A stretch of 64,000 bases of DNA from Podarcis cretensis (GCA_951804945.1 OX638155.1:47120001-47184000); one strand, 5' to 3'; numbered from the stretch's first letter, positions 13,761 through 28,858 are shown. Notes: a model not told the origin generated them from the sequence alone. Numbers and translations: made by a program.

Positions 13761-14103
13761 TGACGAGAACCCGCTCGCCATCCGTAAATAATCAGTCTCA
13801 CGCCAAGATGGGTTGAAGAAGTCTGGCCGCAGCTCTCTCTAGAAGCTGCTGGAGCACAGCCTTTATTGTGTAAAGTCAGAAAGATACAAAATACAAGGAA
13901 TCCCACTTGTTCTCAGCCAGCAGATAAGGGCCATCGCACTAGACCACGTATTTGATCATGCTGTGCTACGTGAACCAATCATTGGATGGCATGAGCTGTC
14001 CACGCGCTGATCATGCTCCAAGCAATGCTTTCTGCTATGAAATCATCCTTGCAATAATGAACTTTTGCCCATGCTCTTATGGACAAATGACCATATTCCC
14101 ACA
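13761..14103 (-). mobile_element. Solo retroviral LTR, 343 bp
   Basis: TG...CA termini, perfect 6-bp TSD AGAGGG (13755-13760, 14104-14109), minus-strand AATAAA at 13862-13867. Confidence 0.75.
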
Positions 14104-14585
14104 AGAGGGCTTTGTGGGGACAGTACCCAGGCTTTGGAACTCCTTTCCCAGAGAGAGAGCCGCCTTGGCCATTCCCTGATGCCGTGTGAAGAGCTTCCTT
14201 TTTGAAAACCTTTGGCTGTTAAGGGGTTTATCTTTCCATTTTTTGATGCTGTGTTAATGTATTTTTAAATAATGATGTTGTAGTTTTTTGGGGTTTTTCG
14301 TATTTTTATTTATATATTATAACTTTGTTTCTTGGCTGTCTTGAACTTTTTCAACAGGTAGCACATAAATGTCTTAAATTAGGACGCGGTAACCTTTGGC
14401 CTTCCATTCCTATCAGCCCTAGCAAGCACATCCTATGGTCAGAGATGATGGGTGTTGTTGTTCAGCAACATCTGGGAAGTCAAATGTGCTGCACAACTGT
14501 TTTAAGCAAATGATCTATATGTGGTGGATAAAGATTATTTACGTTTTTGGCAACATACTCCCATTCCTCTTCTTTACTTTGCTAG

Positions 14586-14690
14586 GTCACTGAAATCCAA
14601 GACTGGAGTGCATCAAGTCCACACAGTGCAGCATATGTTTTATGGGACAATGGCGCTAAAAACCTTTACAGAGTTGGCTTTGAGGGCATG
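14586..14690 (+). CDS. MIB1: MIB1 exon 4
   Basis: [35 protein letters not shown]; 105 nt. Confidence 0.97.
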
Positions 14691-17031
14691 GTAAGGAGTA
14701 AAGCAATACAAAGAGTAAAATTGCTTCATGGGGGAATAGTAAAAATGGCTTGCGCTGTGCTATTATCTTCTTTTGTTATATCCTTCTGTCAGTTTGCATG
14801 CTATTAGCCACTTCATTGTTCCTACAGCTGTAGGGACAACTCATGCATATGCATAAGTCTGGTCTCAGTTCATTAAACATGCAAACTACTTACAACTTAT
14901 GAGCTAGCTTCTATTCCAATCAGAGACATTTAGTTTTGTAAATAAGATACTTATTTACAACAAAATAAATGAGAAAATTGCTGAAAAGAGTTTAGATCCC
15001 TAATGTTAATTTATTTACATCCTAGGCTGTAGTAAACATTTGGATAGTTTCATAGTATTTTAGTGCTCTTTGAAGTTTGACTAAATTTCAAGTTTTAGAA
15101 GTGAACTTCCCATATGATTCCAATAATACTACAGAATCTTTGGCAAAACTGGGACAGTTTTTACTTTTCTCCAGTTTGACACAGTGCTATGTAGCAAACT
15201 GAGAAATACTATGTTTCAGCAGAATAAAGTAATGTGTTAAATGGGACTCATTAAACATGACCATACCTGCTATAATAGTATGTCAAATGTATTTCTTCAC
15301 ATTAGTGAAGTCATTATTCCCTTTTTTAAAATCTCAGTTTACTGTTACTGTGTTTAGTAGTCTTAGTAGTTTGCACAAATATTGTCTAAACCAACTTCAC
15401 CCCTCCTTTTCTATTTGGAAACAGTGATTTACTAATTTTCAGTTGTCCCTTACTTGCGATTTATTTCGTATGCAGGAAAAGTTTCCTATATGGCAGTGCC
15501 AAAATTTTGTAACTAATGTGTAAATATAATTATACTTTTATTCCTATTGTGTTGCCTGTTGTATTTAAATTGACCTTTCTCCTAAATTCTGAAGGAAATA
15601 GTTTTATTTTGAAACAACTGTTGCTGAATAGAAGGTATCATTTGAGTCTAGAATCCTCTTTTGGAAGGTTTTTTTTTCCCTTCCTATTTCAGCAAAGACA
15701 TATCTAGCTATTGGAAGCAGCTCAGTCATTTGTTTTTCATGTACATGTTTTGATTCTTTCTGATCACACTGAATTGGTGAGAGGAGTGAAAAAAGAGCAG
15801 TGCATTTCAATGAATCCTTAGAAATATAGGGTCAGATTATAGCAAGCATATTTGTAACATCGCAGCGTGCTATGTGAATGAATGCATATGTGTTTTGCCT
15901 TGTACTTGAGGTATTTTTTTTTAATAAATGTTCTGGTTCTGAGGTAATCTGTTAGCAGCCTTTCATTTTTTAGGATCATTCTGGTGTGTGTTCATATAAC
16001 TTGGTGGATGACACGTTCTTTTCATGATGCAATCTGCCACTACCTCAAGTTTAGTACTTGGGACCTTTTTTTCTCAAGTAAGAAAAAGAAAGATTTTTGA
16101 ACAGCACATGGCTGGCCTATACACCACCTGTTCCTTTGTTTACTCCTCTAGTTCCAGATGATACAGATTAGAAGACTCTTCCTGTTCGCTTCACACTTTA
16201 GTGTACATGCGTTGAATGACCTTTACCCAATGGGAATTGCTTCAGAGATAGCACCAGATGGCTGCTATTTGGATTAGGAATAGTGAAAGCAAGAGTTAGG
16301 GAAGAAGAAACATACTAGAATTTGCTGCTATCTACGGTATATTCAGTAGTGATTACTTTTTAAAATAAGTTGCTTATGTATCCTGTAAAGGATAAAATAG
16401 CACCCAGAATACTTCAGTGTGCTTGTTCAAAATTCTAGAAACCATAAATTTTGGTAAAACTATTTAACTACTGTGCATAGAAAGTTTATTTTCACTTTTA
16501 AAAATACAAGTTAAACTTTTGCAGACTATTTTGGGAAACTTTAATACAACATGGTACTATTAGACTGGTGAAGCAAAGGATGATAGTGTTGGACAAAGCC
16601 TTCTGTGAATTGACTCTGATTGAGAGGGCGCATGACATGAACAGGATTATTGATGAAAGCATTAATTTATTTTCATATATTTTATTCATAAAATATATCA
16701 GTGGTTTACAACAATACTACATAAAACCACACAAAAATGCCGTATAAAATTTAAAATTACATCCAAATCAACGACTAGCATTTCCCTTTATAGTGCTCTT
16801 GAATTAGCACTTGAAACAGTATCTGTCACAAAGCACAGTGATCTATTTTTCAAATTTCCATAGGCCACAGAAGAAAGGATATAACGTAAGGAACATTAGG
16901 GGGAAGCATGTTGCAAAAATGGTCTAGATACTCGATTACTACTGTGATACAAATTCTGGCTCAGTATTTAAGTATTCAGATACTTAAAGCTAAAGATCTG
17001 TGTCTCTGTCTCTGCATTTGTTTAATTTTAG

Positions 17032-17098
17032 TCAGACCTTAAATGTGTTCAGGATGCGAAAGGAGGGTCCTTCTACAGAGACCACTGTCCTGTGCTTG
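17032..17098 (+). CDS. MIB1: MIB1 exon 5
   Basis: SDLKCVQDAKGGSFYRDHCPVL; 67 nt. Confidence 0.97.
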
Positions 17099-17766
17099 GT
17101 GAGTTAAATGTAACATAATTTGAATTTTGCTCTGTGATTATTTTGACCTAAGTCTTTGTGTTGTATCCAATACTGGAGCTCCAGTGATACAGTGGAATTC
17201 TGTGCGTGCAATGGAATGTCTCCTCTAGCTTCCCACAAATCCTCAGAAACAGTTATGAAGGGTTGAGTGGACCCCCTTCCACAGATTTAGAGTTGGGATT
17301 GGGGTGAGGAGGAGAAACAGAAATCCCATTGTACCAGTGGAACCCTGCTGGTGCAGCATTCGATACAACCCTGTGTGTGTGCATAACCTAGTAGGGAATT
17401 GACACCACTCAAGGTAAAAATACTTTTTTGTCTAGTATTTATCATAGTTAACAATTCCTAGCTGTATGCTACTTCTGTTAGCTGTAATGGTGATACTATT
17501 ATCTATATTGCTTAGTGAGTTGACTTCTACATACATTTCACCGCTTGCTGGTTACACTACCTCTTCTCCTTGCCCTGCTCCTTCCCAAATCTCCTCTGCA
17601 GGGTTGTGAGGGAGCTCCCAGATTTACTGGGTGCACAAGAAAGAGAAGGGGAGGGAATTCTGCTCTGCCAAGGTTAAATCATTGCACTACCAGAATGAGA
17701 ACTTTAGCACTGCAACGGATCCAGTTGGTAGTTTTGTTATTTGTGAGAGTGAATGAGGATTCATAA

Positions 17767-18039
<273 letters not shown>

Positions 18040-18308
18040 TAATGGGAGTCAGCCTTGGGAGTCAGTTATCAAATTGAATTAGCATGTGGGGCCAGTAATT
18101 TATTACAGAAATGTGACTACATTAATCCTTTTCATTTTACTTTAAACATTTGAGGGATACTCTTAAACTACTAGATACAACCATGGAGACATATTGGATT
18201 CTTGCAAAATCAACCAGTTGTAGACTGGCAGATGTGGGTTAAGATTGGTGAGTAATGTAGCTATATAGTTAATATAAACACTAAACACTTCATCATAATG
18301 TTTCATGA

Positions 18309-18521
<213 letters not shown>

Positions 18522-18590
18522 TAAGTTTGGTTTCTTCTAAATGAGGAACTGTTCAATGCTGAAGGGAAACCTTTCATTTTTGTGCTAATA

Positions 18591-18640
18591 GGTAAAAGGT
18601 AAAGGTACCCCTGCCCGTACGGGCCAGTCTTGACAGACTA
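18591..18640 (-). mobile_element. Very short 3' fragment of a Sauria SINE variant
   Basis: ggtaaaaggtaaaggtacccctgcccgtacgggccagtc is a reverse (ACCTTT)n tail plus terminal stem-loop. Confidence 0.65.
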
Positions 18641-19932
18641 GTATGGTGCAAAAACCCTTATACATTCTTGCTGTGGCAGTTGGGCATAAATCTGTGCACC
18701 AGTACAGATGTTGGCTCATGTACACTATTGGCTGGTGTCAATTGTGCCATTGTATTAGTGTCAGGATGCTGGTGTCCACTCATGTCTTGTGGTGCTGGTA
18801 TGGGAATTCCTAGTATAATGCTATAATTCTGTCTCTTAATGCTTGGAAACAGAAGAATTTGATAGTGAAATGTTAGCCTTGAGACCTCATTAAATCAACA
18901 TGTGAAGAAGACGTGTCATTTCCCTCTTTCTGGACAATTGTTCTAGTTGTTCTTTTACAACCACAGCTTATCCCATAACATAATTAATTTCTGTTAACAA
19001 CACCTTCAATGAGATTTTATGGATATTTGTGATACCCTTTGAAATAAAAGTGTGGCAGGTCTTTTTCCTATGGAAATTGAGACCACCATCCCCATATAAT
19101 TAGCCCAGTGGAAGGAGAATACAGTATGTGTCTTTTGCTGGATGTATTTTCAAGCTATTTACTTACATTTGCCATTGTGATGCGAGTAAGGGACAAGTTG
19201 GTGGAAAAGCATGTCCTTTTTTTAGAGGAGCACTGACAGTTGTCATTCTCATTCTCTGGCCTCTCCCCATTTATCAAGTTTATGCTAAGGATTGGATAAC
19301 TATACAATGTTGTAACAATTGATTTTCTTAGAAATTATTAATTTTCTGGCTCTGAGGTATTTGAAACAAAAAATTCCAACAGTAGGTGCTTGAATAGCTA
19401 TAATGGTCTGGAAGATGTAGGACCACATAAGTAACACCTGGAATTATTGGAAAATAACATGTCTTTCTGAACAACTTCATAACAGAAATTAACTAGATTT
19501 TAATTTAATGATTATTCTGCACATTTCTAGCTTTCATCTTTGCCTATTGTTACGATTCAAGCAATAGTGGTGCCTTTTCCCACATGGTACTATCAAAGTT
19601 TTGGACTATAACTCCCATCAGCCGCAAACAGCATGGCCAGTAGTCAGGGATGATGGGAGTTGTGGGGGGGGGTTGTTTTTGTTTTAAAAACTCAGTTTCA
19701 ATTAATTTCATGAGTCTACTACCCTAGGTTAGTCATGTTCATTAATTTCAGTGCATCTACTCTGAAGTGGGCTTGCATTAGATACAACTCGTAGTCCAAA
19801 CCTTCTGGAAGACAGACTGGGGGAGGCTAGGGTATATTCAGCTTGATTTAAAATATAGTATGGGATGTGACAATCTGTACTTACAAAGCTGTAACATAAT
19901 AAATGTGTTTGACTGTCTTGTCTTCAATGTAG

Positions 19933-20091
<159 letters not shown>

Positions 20092-21284
20092 TAGTGTCTA
20101 CCCGATGTGAAATTATGAAAGGTGTGTTATCTAAGAGAAAAATATTTAGTGAAAGTACTACATTAACTTTCAGGGAAATAAAATTTTCTTAATGTAAAAC
20201 AGTTCTGTCAATTATTCTGTTTCCAGAGGAGAGTGGAAGGATAATTGAGTGCTTTTACTTTATACATGAATTGATTTTAGAAGATACTTTTGTTGTATGG
20301 TGTTCTAAATTGCTTCAGAAGAATAAAAAAGCAGGTTGTGGATATAAATAACATGCCTCCTTAGAAAAAGCCCTATTGAAGTCAGTGGGGTTTACTTCCA
20401 GGTAATCTTTTGTAGGACTGCAACCTTACTAGGTCAGATGCACCTAAAACGTTCCATCAGTAGTAAGCACTAGACAGTCCACAAGATGGTGCAAGAAAGC
20501 TTGTAGGCAGTTTCAGTGGAAGTAATTCCTTGCATGTTCTCAGTCAGGCTAATTGAAAGCCAATAAACTGAAATTTAATCTTGGTAAGACAAATTCTGTG
20601 GGTGAACCACTGGTAGCTCAGACAAGTCAGGTGCCATTTCATGTCTCAGCTGCGCTCAGCTATACACCTATTTCTAAACTCTCACAGTCTGCTCAACTTT
20701 AGGTTCCTTTAGAACCTTCCTTTTCTTTTCTTCGGGGAGTAGAAGTGAATGCTGTCCATAGAAAAGAATAGAGAAATCCATAATTTTAGAGTTAAGTGGG
20801 AGGAAACATACTGTGCTGCTGTCCAGCCACACCTAAAGGTAGGAGCCAAAGGCAGAATTCTCTGCCTTTGCCATTCATTCTGAACACTCAATGAAATGAG
20901 TGCTTTCTTATCTCTATTTCCTCAACATTCTGTAAGTCATGGAATCTCACAGGGCTATATGTGTTTTTAAATGTACAGTCCTATAGTTCTGTATGCCATA
21001 TGAATACCCTCAATATATAGAAGTGCTGCTGTATTGTTTGCTGGCCATGTTTTACTTCTAAATGGATAGGCACTTGACCCACCCATGTTCACTACTAGAG
21101 GGAATGATTCTTAATATTTAAGTTATGTAGTGGTGGATCTGTTTTTGCCACTATTTTTTCTGGAGCAATTTGCAACATTTTAAGTAGATAATTTGTTTGG
21201 TTTATGTGTTTTTGAGTCATAAATACACAGAAGTTCATTCAAGTGCAACACAACATTCAGATATTGTGATTTGTATTAAAATAA

Positions 21285-21455
<171 letters not shown>

Positions 21456-22313
21456 TAACTGTTAATGCAAAAAGATACTTCCAATTCCTTTCTAGGTTTT
21501 TCTTTTTTAAATGGCACTTCTCAATGGTCAAAACAAAGATAGGCCTTTCTTTCATTATCTTTGCAGCTAGAGCTATAATGGCATTGAGTGAAAGGAAGAA
21601 GTTTAATTGTACAGTGTTTAAAAGGGAAAATCAGTCCAACTCTGGTGTTCTTCAGCTTGTTGCTTTCATTAGTTACCTGTACACTGTATTGTTGTCAAAA
21701 GCTTTTTTATATTGTTTCAACTCACCCAGAAGAGGAAGTTTTAACCTGAAATATTTGTTATAATTATCCCTTCAAGTAGCTAGGATTTGGGTGGAATGCC
21801 CTGGTTCATCCAAGAGAAGAAATAGGGAATTATGACATGTAGCCTTCACCTGATTGTATTGCTTTGGATTTCCCTGTATCTTGGGATCTACAGATACACA
21901 TTTAAAATGTCTTGAAAAAGTAGTTGTATTGGTACTGTTTTAATAGATAATAATTTGTCAGAATTTGATTCGAGCTAGCCAAATGACTTTAAGGATGATC
22001 ATTGACACCCCATTCCATAATCCTTTGGAATTTTTAAAATTTTAATTTAAATCTTAAATTCTTTAGTAGATTTAAAGGTCTTTATAGTGCATTACTTTAG
22101 CTAAGCTGGTAAGTGAAAGAGATACTGGAATTTGAAGAGACAATTCATCAAATGACAGGTATTAAAATGTGTTCAATACATTTTTTGTAAAGTATGCTAG
22201 ATTATTTACCTGTTATTCAATATTGAATTTGTTCTCTAGATAGTTTGGTGCAGTTCTTGAGCATATGTACATATAATAAATGTATGCTGTATTTGTAAGC
22301 TGCCTTGACTTGA

Positions 22314-22544
<231 letters not shown>

Positions 22545-22620
22545 TAAGGAATATTTTTACTTTTTATGACTCCTTCTTTTATTGCAATCTGTTTAATTTG
22601 ATTGTTTCCAGTCTTTTTAA

Positions 22621-22870
22621 GCAAAAACACCATAGCCTTGAGGCATCTTAAAAGACTAACAGACATATTAATTAAACTTTTGTGGACTACTATCCACTTC
22701 ATCTGATGTATTCAGTATTATCCTGAGTTGCAGGTATGTACATATATGTCTGTACCTTGGGGAGAGGATTGTAAACAGTGAGGTCAGAAGGAAATGAAAT
22801 GCAGAAAATGATAATTACATAGTTTAACAGTGGCCATTCAAGAGATGAGACGTCCATATTGTGATAGGGA
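22621..22870 (-). mobile_element. Penelope-like element terminal-repeat remnant
   Basis: cttgaggcatcttaaaagactaacagac...ctttgtggactactatccacttcatctgatg resembles reptile Penelope termini (recalled consensus); far boundary approximate. Confidence 0.6.
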
Positions 22871-23431
22871 CTGCACTTTCAAGTGAAGAGGCACGAAACC
22901 TGTGTTCTGCAGCTTGTGCTGCCCTACTAAACTATAGAATTCTGCCCTAGTCTTTGCATTGTAGCTTCACTAGACTATTACATGGAATAGTTGTACATTT
23001 TAACAACAAAATAACTGGTGTGATGCATAAGTAGTGCAATTTGTGTTGTTTACATCTTGCCAAAATGTCACATGGACTTTACTTTATACAGTATTCTCAT
23101 TTATTCTTTCTCTAACTGTTAGGATAATTGTGATGTTTTATGACATTGCAGCATTTTATTTATTTATTTAATGAAATATTTATAAACCTCTCTTTCAAAA
23201 GAAATATATAGGCAGCATACAACCTGTACAATATAATAAAAACAGTAAAAGTATCCATAAAATATAAATAAAACATCAGTAGATATTGGTTGGTTCAATA
23301 ATGAAATTTCTGTTGTGAAGACCTGTATAAGACAGTTTTGCTATTGGTATAGAAAGTGCTTAATCATAAGCCAGAGTTATTGTACAGTGCAAGAGTAATA
23401 TGACTAATTCCACTGAATGTTGATCATTTAG

Positions 23432-23635
<204 letters not shown>

Positions 23636-24628
23636 TAAGCTCCTGTTTATTATTTGTTTGATACAATAAAATGTAAAAAAAATGTGGGGTTTTTGAATGT
23701 ACACAAGTAACATTAAAGTTATAAAATGGGATCTGCCTCTAAATTTCCATATAATTGTTAGATTTGAGCAGTTTTTCTTGCTGTATACATTTATATGTAT
23801 ATGGAAATACATGCAATTATGACCTTAAACATGCATTATAACATTGATCTATGCAATCATAACCTTGATTTGTTGCCATTATTTCTTGGATTTGACTTGA
23901 ACATGTTACTATCAGTTCAGTTGTTGATCTTCTGTGGTGTTTAATAGTTTAGATCATAGACAGACAACTTTTGTAATCTCGGGGATCTTCTGCTATTGAT
24001 TGAAACAGTATGTCTCAGATTTTCAATGAAGTTGGTTTCATCTGACAGTAAGGGCTTCATCGTTAATAGAGTGCATGTATGTTCAGGGATAGCATGGTTT
24101 GTTGATGTATTACATTGCAAGATGTTATCTAGAGATCTGGAGTGCAATCATAGCGGTATACTGATGGCACCCAATGCTCTCCCATCAGATGCCAGGAAGG
24201 CAGTAGAAACTCTTAGTCAATGTTGAGAGGCTGTAATGAACTGGATGAGGGTGAACAAGCTGATCTGGAAATGGGTGTTCAACCTCTTCTGGATGGGATA
24301 GGTATCACCTTATCAGGTTATAGTCTGGGGACACTTCCATTCACAGCTGTGCTCCTGCAGGCCAGTTTATGGCTGTAGCGAAGCATGCTTTGGTATATGC
24401 TTTGATTATGTCGACATTGGACTATTTCAACACACTATACAAGAGGTGTCCTTTAAATAGTGTGTGGAAACTACACTTAGTATTTACAGATACTACAGAT
24501 GCAATTTCCAAACAAATGACAAAAAACTACTGGAATTCCTCAAACATAGATGGAAATGTATTAGACATTTTCATCATACCTGGTGTTCTTTGAATATATG
24601 GTTGGTCTCTACTTACATTTTTTATGTA

Positions 24629-24857
24629 CAGTGGAACCTTGGTTCTTGAACTGCCTAGTTGATAAACAAATTGGCTCCCAAACACTGCAAACCTGGAAGT
24701 AAGTGCTCTGGTTTGCAAACGTTTTTCAGAAGCCAAATGTTTGACGCAGCTTCCACTTGAGTGGAGCCAATCAAAAGCCACGCCTTGGTTTTCGAATGGT
24801 TTCAAGAGTCGAATGGGCTCCTGGAACAGATTAAGTTTGAGAACCAAGGTTCCACTC
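24629..24857. mobile_element. Tc1/mariner-superfamily MITE, family B (TIR CAGTGGAACCTTGGTTCT)
   Basis: TA flanks and terminal inverted repeats. Confidence 0.8.
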
Positions 24858-25398
24858 TAATATATGCTGCTATTCAGATGAACCTTACAAAGTGGTTTAC
24901 ATAGAAACAGTAAGCATAAATTAAAACTGTAGAATGAAGCAGCAAAAAGAAGCTACAAAGGGGAAAAGTTATATTGAAAGTTGTATTTCTCCTCCCCTCA
25001 GGGCAAGATAGATATTTAGTAGCCTACTGGAATAGTTTAGGAGAAGGCAGGACCACTTCAGCTGAAATATAGGGAGCTAGATGCTAGATGATGGACAGCT
25101 CTCCAGTCTTTTCTATCTTTTCCTCCTCCCCTCAGGGCATGATAGTCCTTAGATAGCCCAGTGGTGGTTATTGGAGTGGGGAAAGCAACCTCAGCTGAAA
25201 TATGGGGAGCCCTCTTAAAAGATCATAGTATTTTATCAAAAGTCACATTTTGCATTGATCAAGTTAACATTCGTGTTTTTATATTCTGCATAGGTGTAAT
25301 CTTTATATAGCACAAATTACTAAATGTAACTTTTGCATCAGATGTTTTCCTCTGCAAATATGCAGTATAAGCCAGAATTAACTAATGCATATTTTTAG

Positions 25399-25596
<198 letters not shown>

Positions 25597-26330
25597 TAGA
25601 TTTCATTGTGGGAAAGACTATGCATTTGTTCAGATGCAAGTTTCATTTGTATATTATGGCTTTTCTGTTGCTAAGTGGTTTAAATGTTCCCAGCATCCCA
25701 AGTGAGCATTGCAGAACTGGTTTCGAGAGTTGAATGGACTCCCGGAACGAATTAAGTTCAAGAACCAAGGTTTCACTATAATATATGCTGCTATTCAGAC
25801 ACAATGCAGGGCCTGTGTAGACATGTGCAGTTTATATTATGACATGTTTCATGCGTAACTGCATTTGTATTTCCATCCCACCTCAATCCTTTATTTTTAT
25901 CCTGTGTTGTTAACTGCTGCCCATGTTTATCTGATTGCCACCGTAATTCCTTCTTTTTGGTCTCTGATAATAGCCACCGTGTGGGGCTGTTTAGGCTACC
26001 AGTACATGGCTATAACATATTATTGTGTTGAGACTGAAATTGTATTCTCATTGCTTAAAAATTCAGGTAACTGAATAGGTCGAGAAGTGATATATTTGAG
26101 GTATGCTGATAGAAACCATGAAGAGGATTGATATAGAAGAGCCTTGGAATGAAATAGATAGTAACTGATGTATCAAAACTATGACACTGGTCCTCAAAGT
26201 TAGAAATAAAGGCACATTTCCCATGTATTAGAGTTGCATAAGTAAATGCTTCCCAGCACCTCAATCCTCCACTACTCTCTGCTGCCATAATTCTGCAGCT
26301 CTCAGAAAGCTGTAGGTACACTGTCATTTA

Positions 26331-26360
26331 CAGTGCCACCTGTTGGTAGATGCCACTGCA
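26331..26360 (-). promoter_or_regulatory. CTCF motif with upstream module
   Basis: Minus strand TGCAGTGGCATCTA-CCAACAGGTGGCACTG. Confidence 0.5.
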
Positions 26361-27949
26361 AAGTAGTGTGAAGACAGCCTAAGAAAAATATATACTAGAA
26401 AAGATTATATGGGATCTGCACTGTGCAAAACAGCATTTAGAAACTTTTATAGCTTTGGATGGCCTGCTGCCCTGCTCTTGAGCAGGAGATTCTATGCCCC
26501 TATATGGTGGCTGGTGATAGAACTACAAAGAGACCTTCCTCTGCATATCTTAACACCTGAAAAGGTCAGTAAGGATGGAGGTTGGCAGAAAGAAAGGCCC
26601 TTAGTTGAGCTTTAAACACTAATATGAGCACCTTGAATTGGGCACCTGTAAATGAACTGGCAGCCATTGCAGCAGTTTTAAAACAGAGGTTATAAGACTT
26701 CTAAATAGAACCCCAGCCGGTAATCTGCTGCATTTTGGACCTATTGAAGTTTCTGAATTGTCAAGCCCCAAATTGAGTGCATTGCAATATTCCACAAGTT
26801 ACTGTAACTAAATAATTACACTAGCAAGATCCTTATATCGTCAGTTATGTATGCACTGAGTTTTATGCACATAGACCCTGTAAAAATGTCATACTTACAT
26901 AATGGGCCCAGAGTTGGGATAGTTGGACCCAGTGGGCAAGAAATAATTCAGGACATTTTGCTTGGCATAGACAATCTCTGCATCTGTGTGGTGCTGCCCT
27001 CATTTTTTATTTAAAAAATATTAACCATTTGTGTATGACTCGTGTGTGTTTGTTTGTGTGTGTGTGTGCTACTGTTCAGAGGAAATGAAAGCAATATTTT
27101 AACTATGTTGTAAATGTATTGTTTCTTTGCTGCACGAACTCACAACAATGTATTTCAATAGAAACAATTAGTTTATCTCTCCCATTCTAATTTGGGTCCT
27201 ATAATTGTATCCTAGAAGGTGATGTTTAAATAAATCCCAGGGTCCTAGCATTTAATATTTTTCTATAAATCTTAGCATTTCTTAGAAATATAGCTTCGCT
27301 TTGCATGCTGGTTTCTGGAGAAGAGATTGTAGCTGCTTTGCTCCTCCTCCAGTTTTCTTCCTGCTGTGAATTTAGGCATGGTTTGGCTTAGTTCCAGACA
27401 AGTCATGAGCTGTAACAAAGTTTATTGAAGGTTTGAAGCTTGTGATTTGTCAAGAAAGAGTAACTATGAGCCTGGTTTCAGATGACATGTTAAACCAAAC
27501 CACATTTTAGTTCACAGCACCAGCATGACTGGATAGAGAAGCAAAGCAGCTGCAGTCTTCGCTTCATGTGCTAAGTCATAGTCTGTCTTAGTATTATGTG
27601 CAAACCAGGTCATAGTTAATTTAAAAGTGAATGCTCTTCATGTCTGCTCAGAACTTAAACTCATTAAGCTCAATGGGATTTATTTCCAGAAAGATGTACT
27701 TAAGTTTACAGTGTACTTAAGTTTGCTTAATTTGTTCCCGTTGCTTACACAATTACTTTTTATCTGGACACCGATTGCTTTCCCAAAGCTTTAGTAAAAG
27801 CTATTCTACTTACCTTGTACTTCTAGTCATGTGATAACTATAAAATTAGACTGCTTGCAATGCTTTCCCCTGCTCTTCTTTGAATTTATTAACAAGCTTA
27901 TCAACTCAGTCATAGATCCTACTGCTTCAGCCCTGGAATAATGCCATTA

Positions 27950-28191
27950 CAGTGCTACCTCAGGTTACATACGCTTCAGGTTACATATGCTTCAGGTTAC
28001 AGACTCGGCTAACCCAGAAATATTACCTCAGGTTAAAAACTTTGCTTCAGGATGAGAACAGAAATCGTGCAGCGGCCGTGCAGCGGCAGCAGGAGGCCCC
28101 ATTAGCTAAAGTAGTGCTTCAGGTTAAGAACAGTTTCAGGTTAAGAGCGGACCTCCGGAACGAATTAAGTACTTAACCCGAGGTACCTTTG
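27950..28191. mobile_element. MITE family A copy
   Basis: TA flanks, decayed TIRs, internal 16-bp tandem duplication. Confidence 0.85.
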
Positions 28192-28858
28192 TAGTTACTT
28201 TCTCCAAACTATGACTTGATATATAATAGTTGCATGTTAACCGTATCAATTTGATCTGATTTAATAGGATAGTTTTTGATCCCATAATGCCCTTGTGGAA
28301 GAGTACTACTATCATAGATTCATCTCATCTTAAGCTTTTATAGTGGTGCTTGATATCTGTATTGGCCCTTTGGTGTTGAAAAAACACTGTAGTTTCATTT
28401 TCATCTTTGTTAATTTTTGTAGAACACAATAGAAAAGAGGTCATAGTGAATGCTTGCTACTCTTTAAACTTAATTTGAGTTGTACAAAGATAGTATTAAA
28501 ATAGAGGAATTGTAGCACAAATATATTTACATGTATTTTGCATTTATTTTATAAGAACTGACATACATTTACTCTTTTTTTAAAAAAACCAGTGACATAA
28601 AGCAAGAGGAACTATTAACTTCAAATTCATATTGATATACAGTAAGAATGTGCAGATGAGACACAATTTCCAGTATTGTGGATTTTGGTTTGGAAGTGCG
28701 GTCCCTACTATAAGTTTGCCAGGAATAGATGCTGGTGGTCAGTTTTTGATAGTTTGTTTGCATTCATGTGCTTGACTGCTTTTAAAAAGCCTTCTTTTTC
28801 TTGAATATTATTTCCATTATTAACATATCTTGTTGATGAAAGCATTTGTCCTGTAGTG

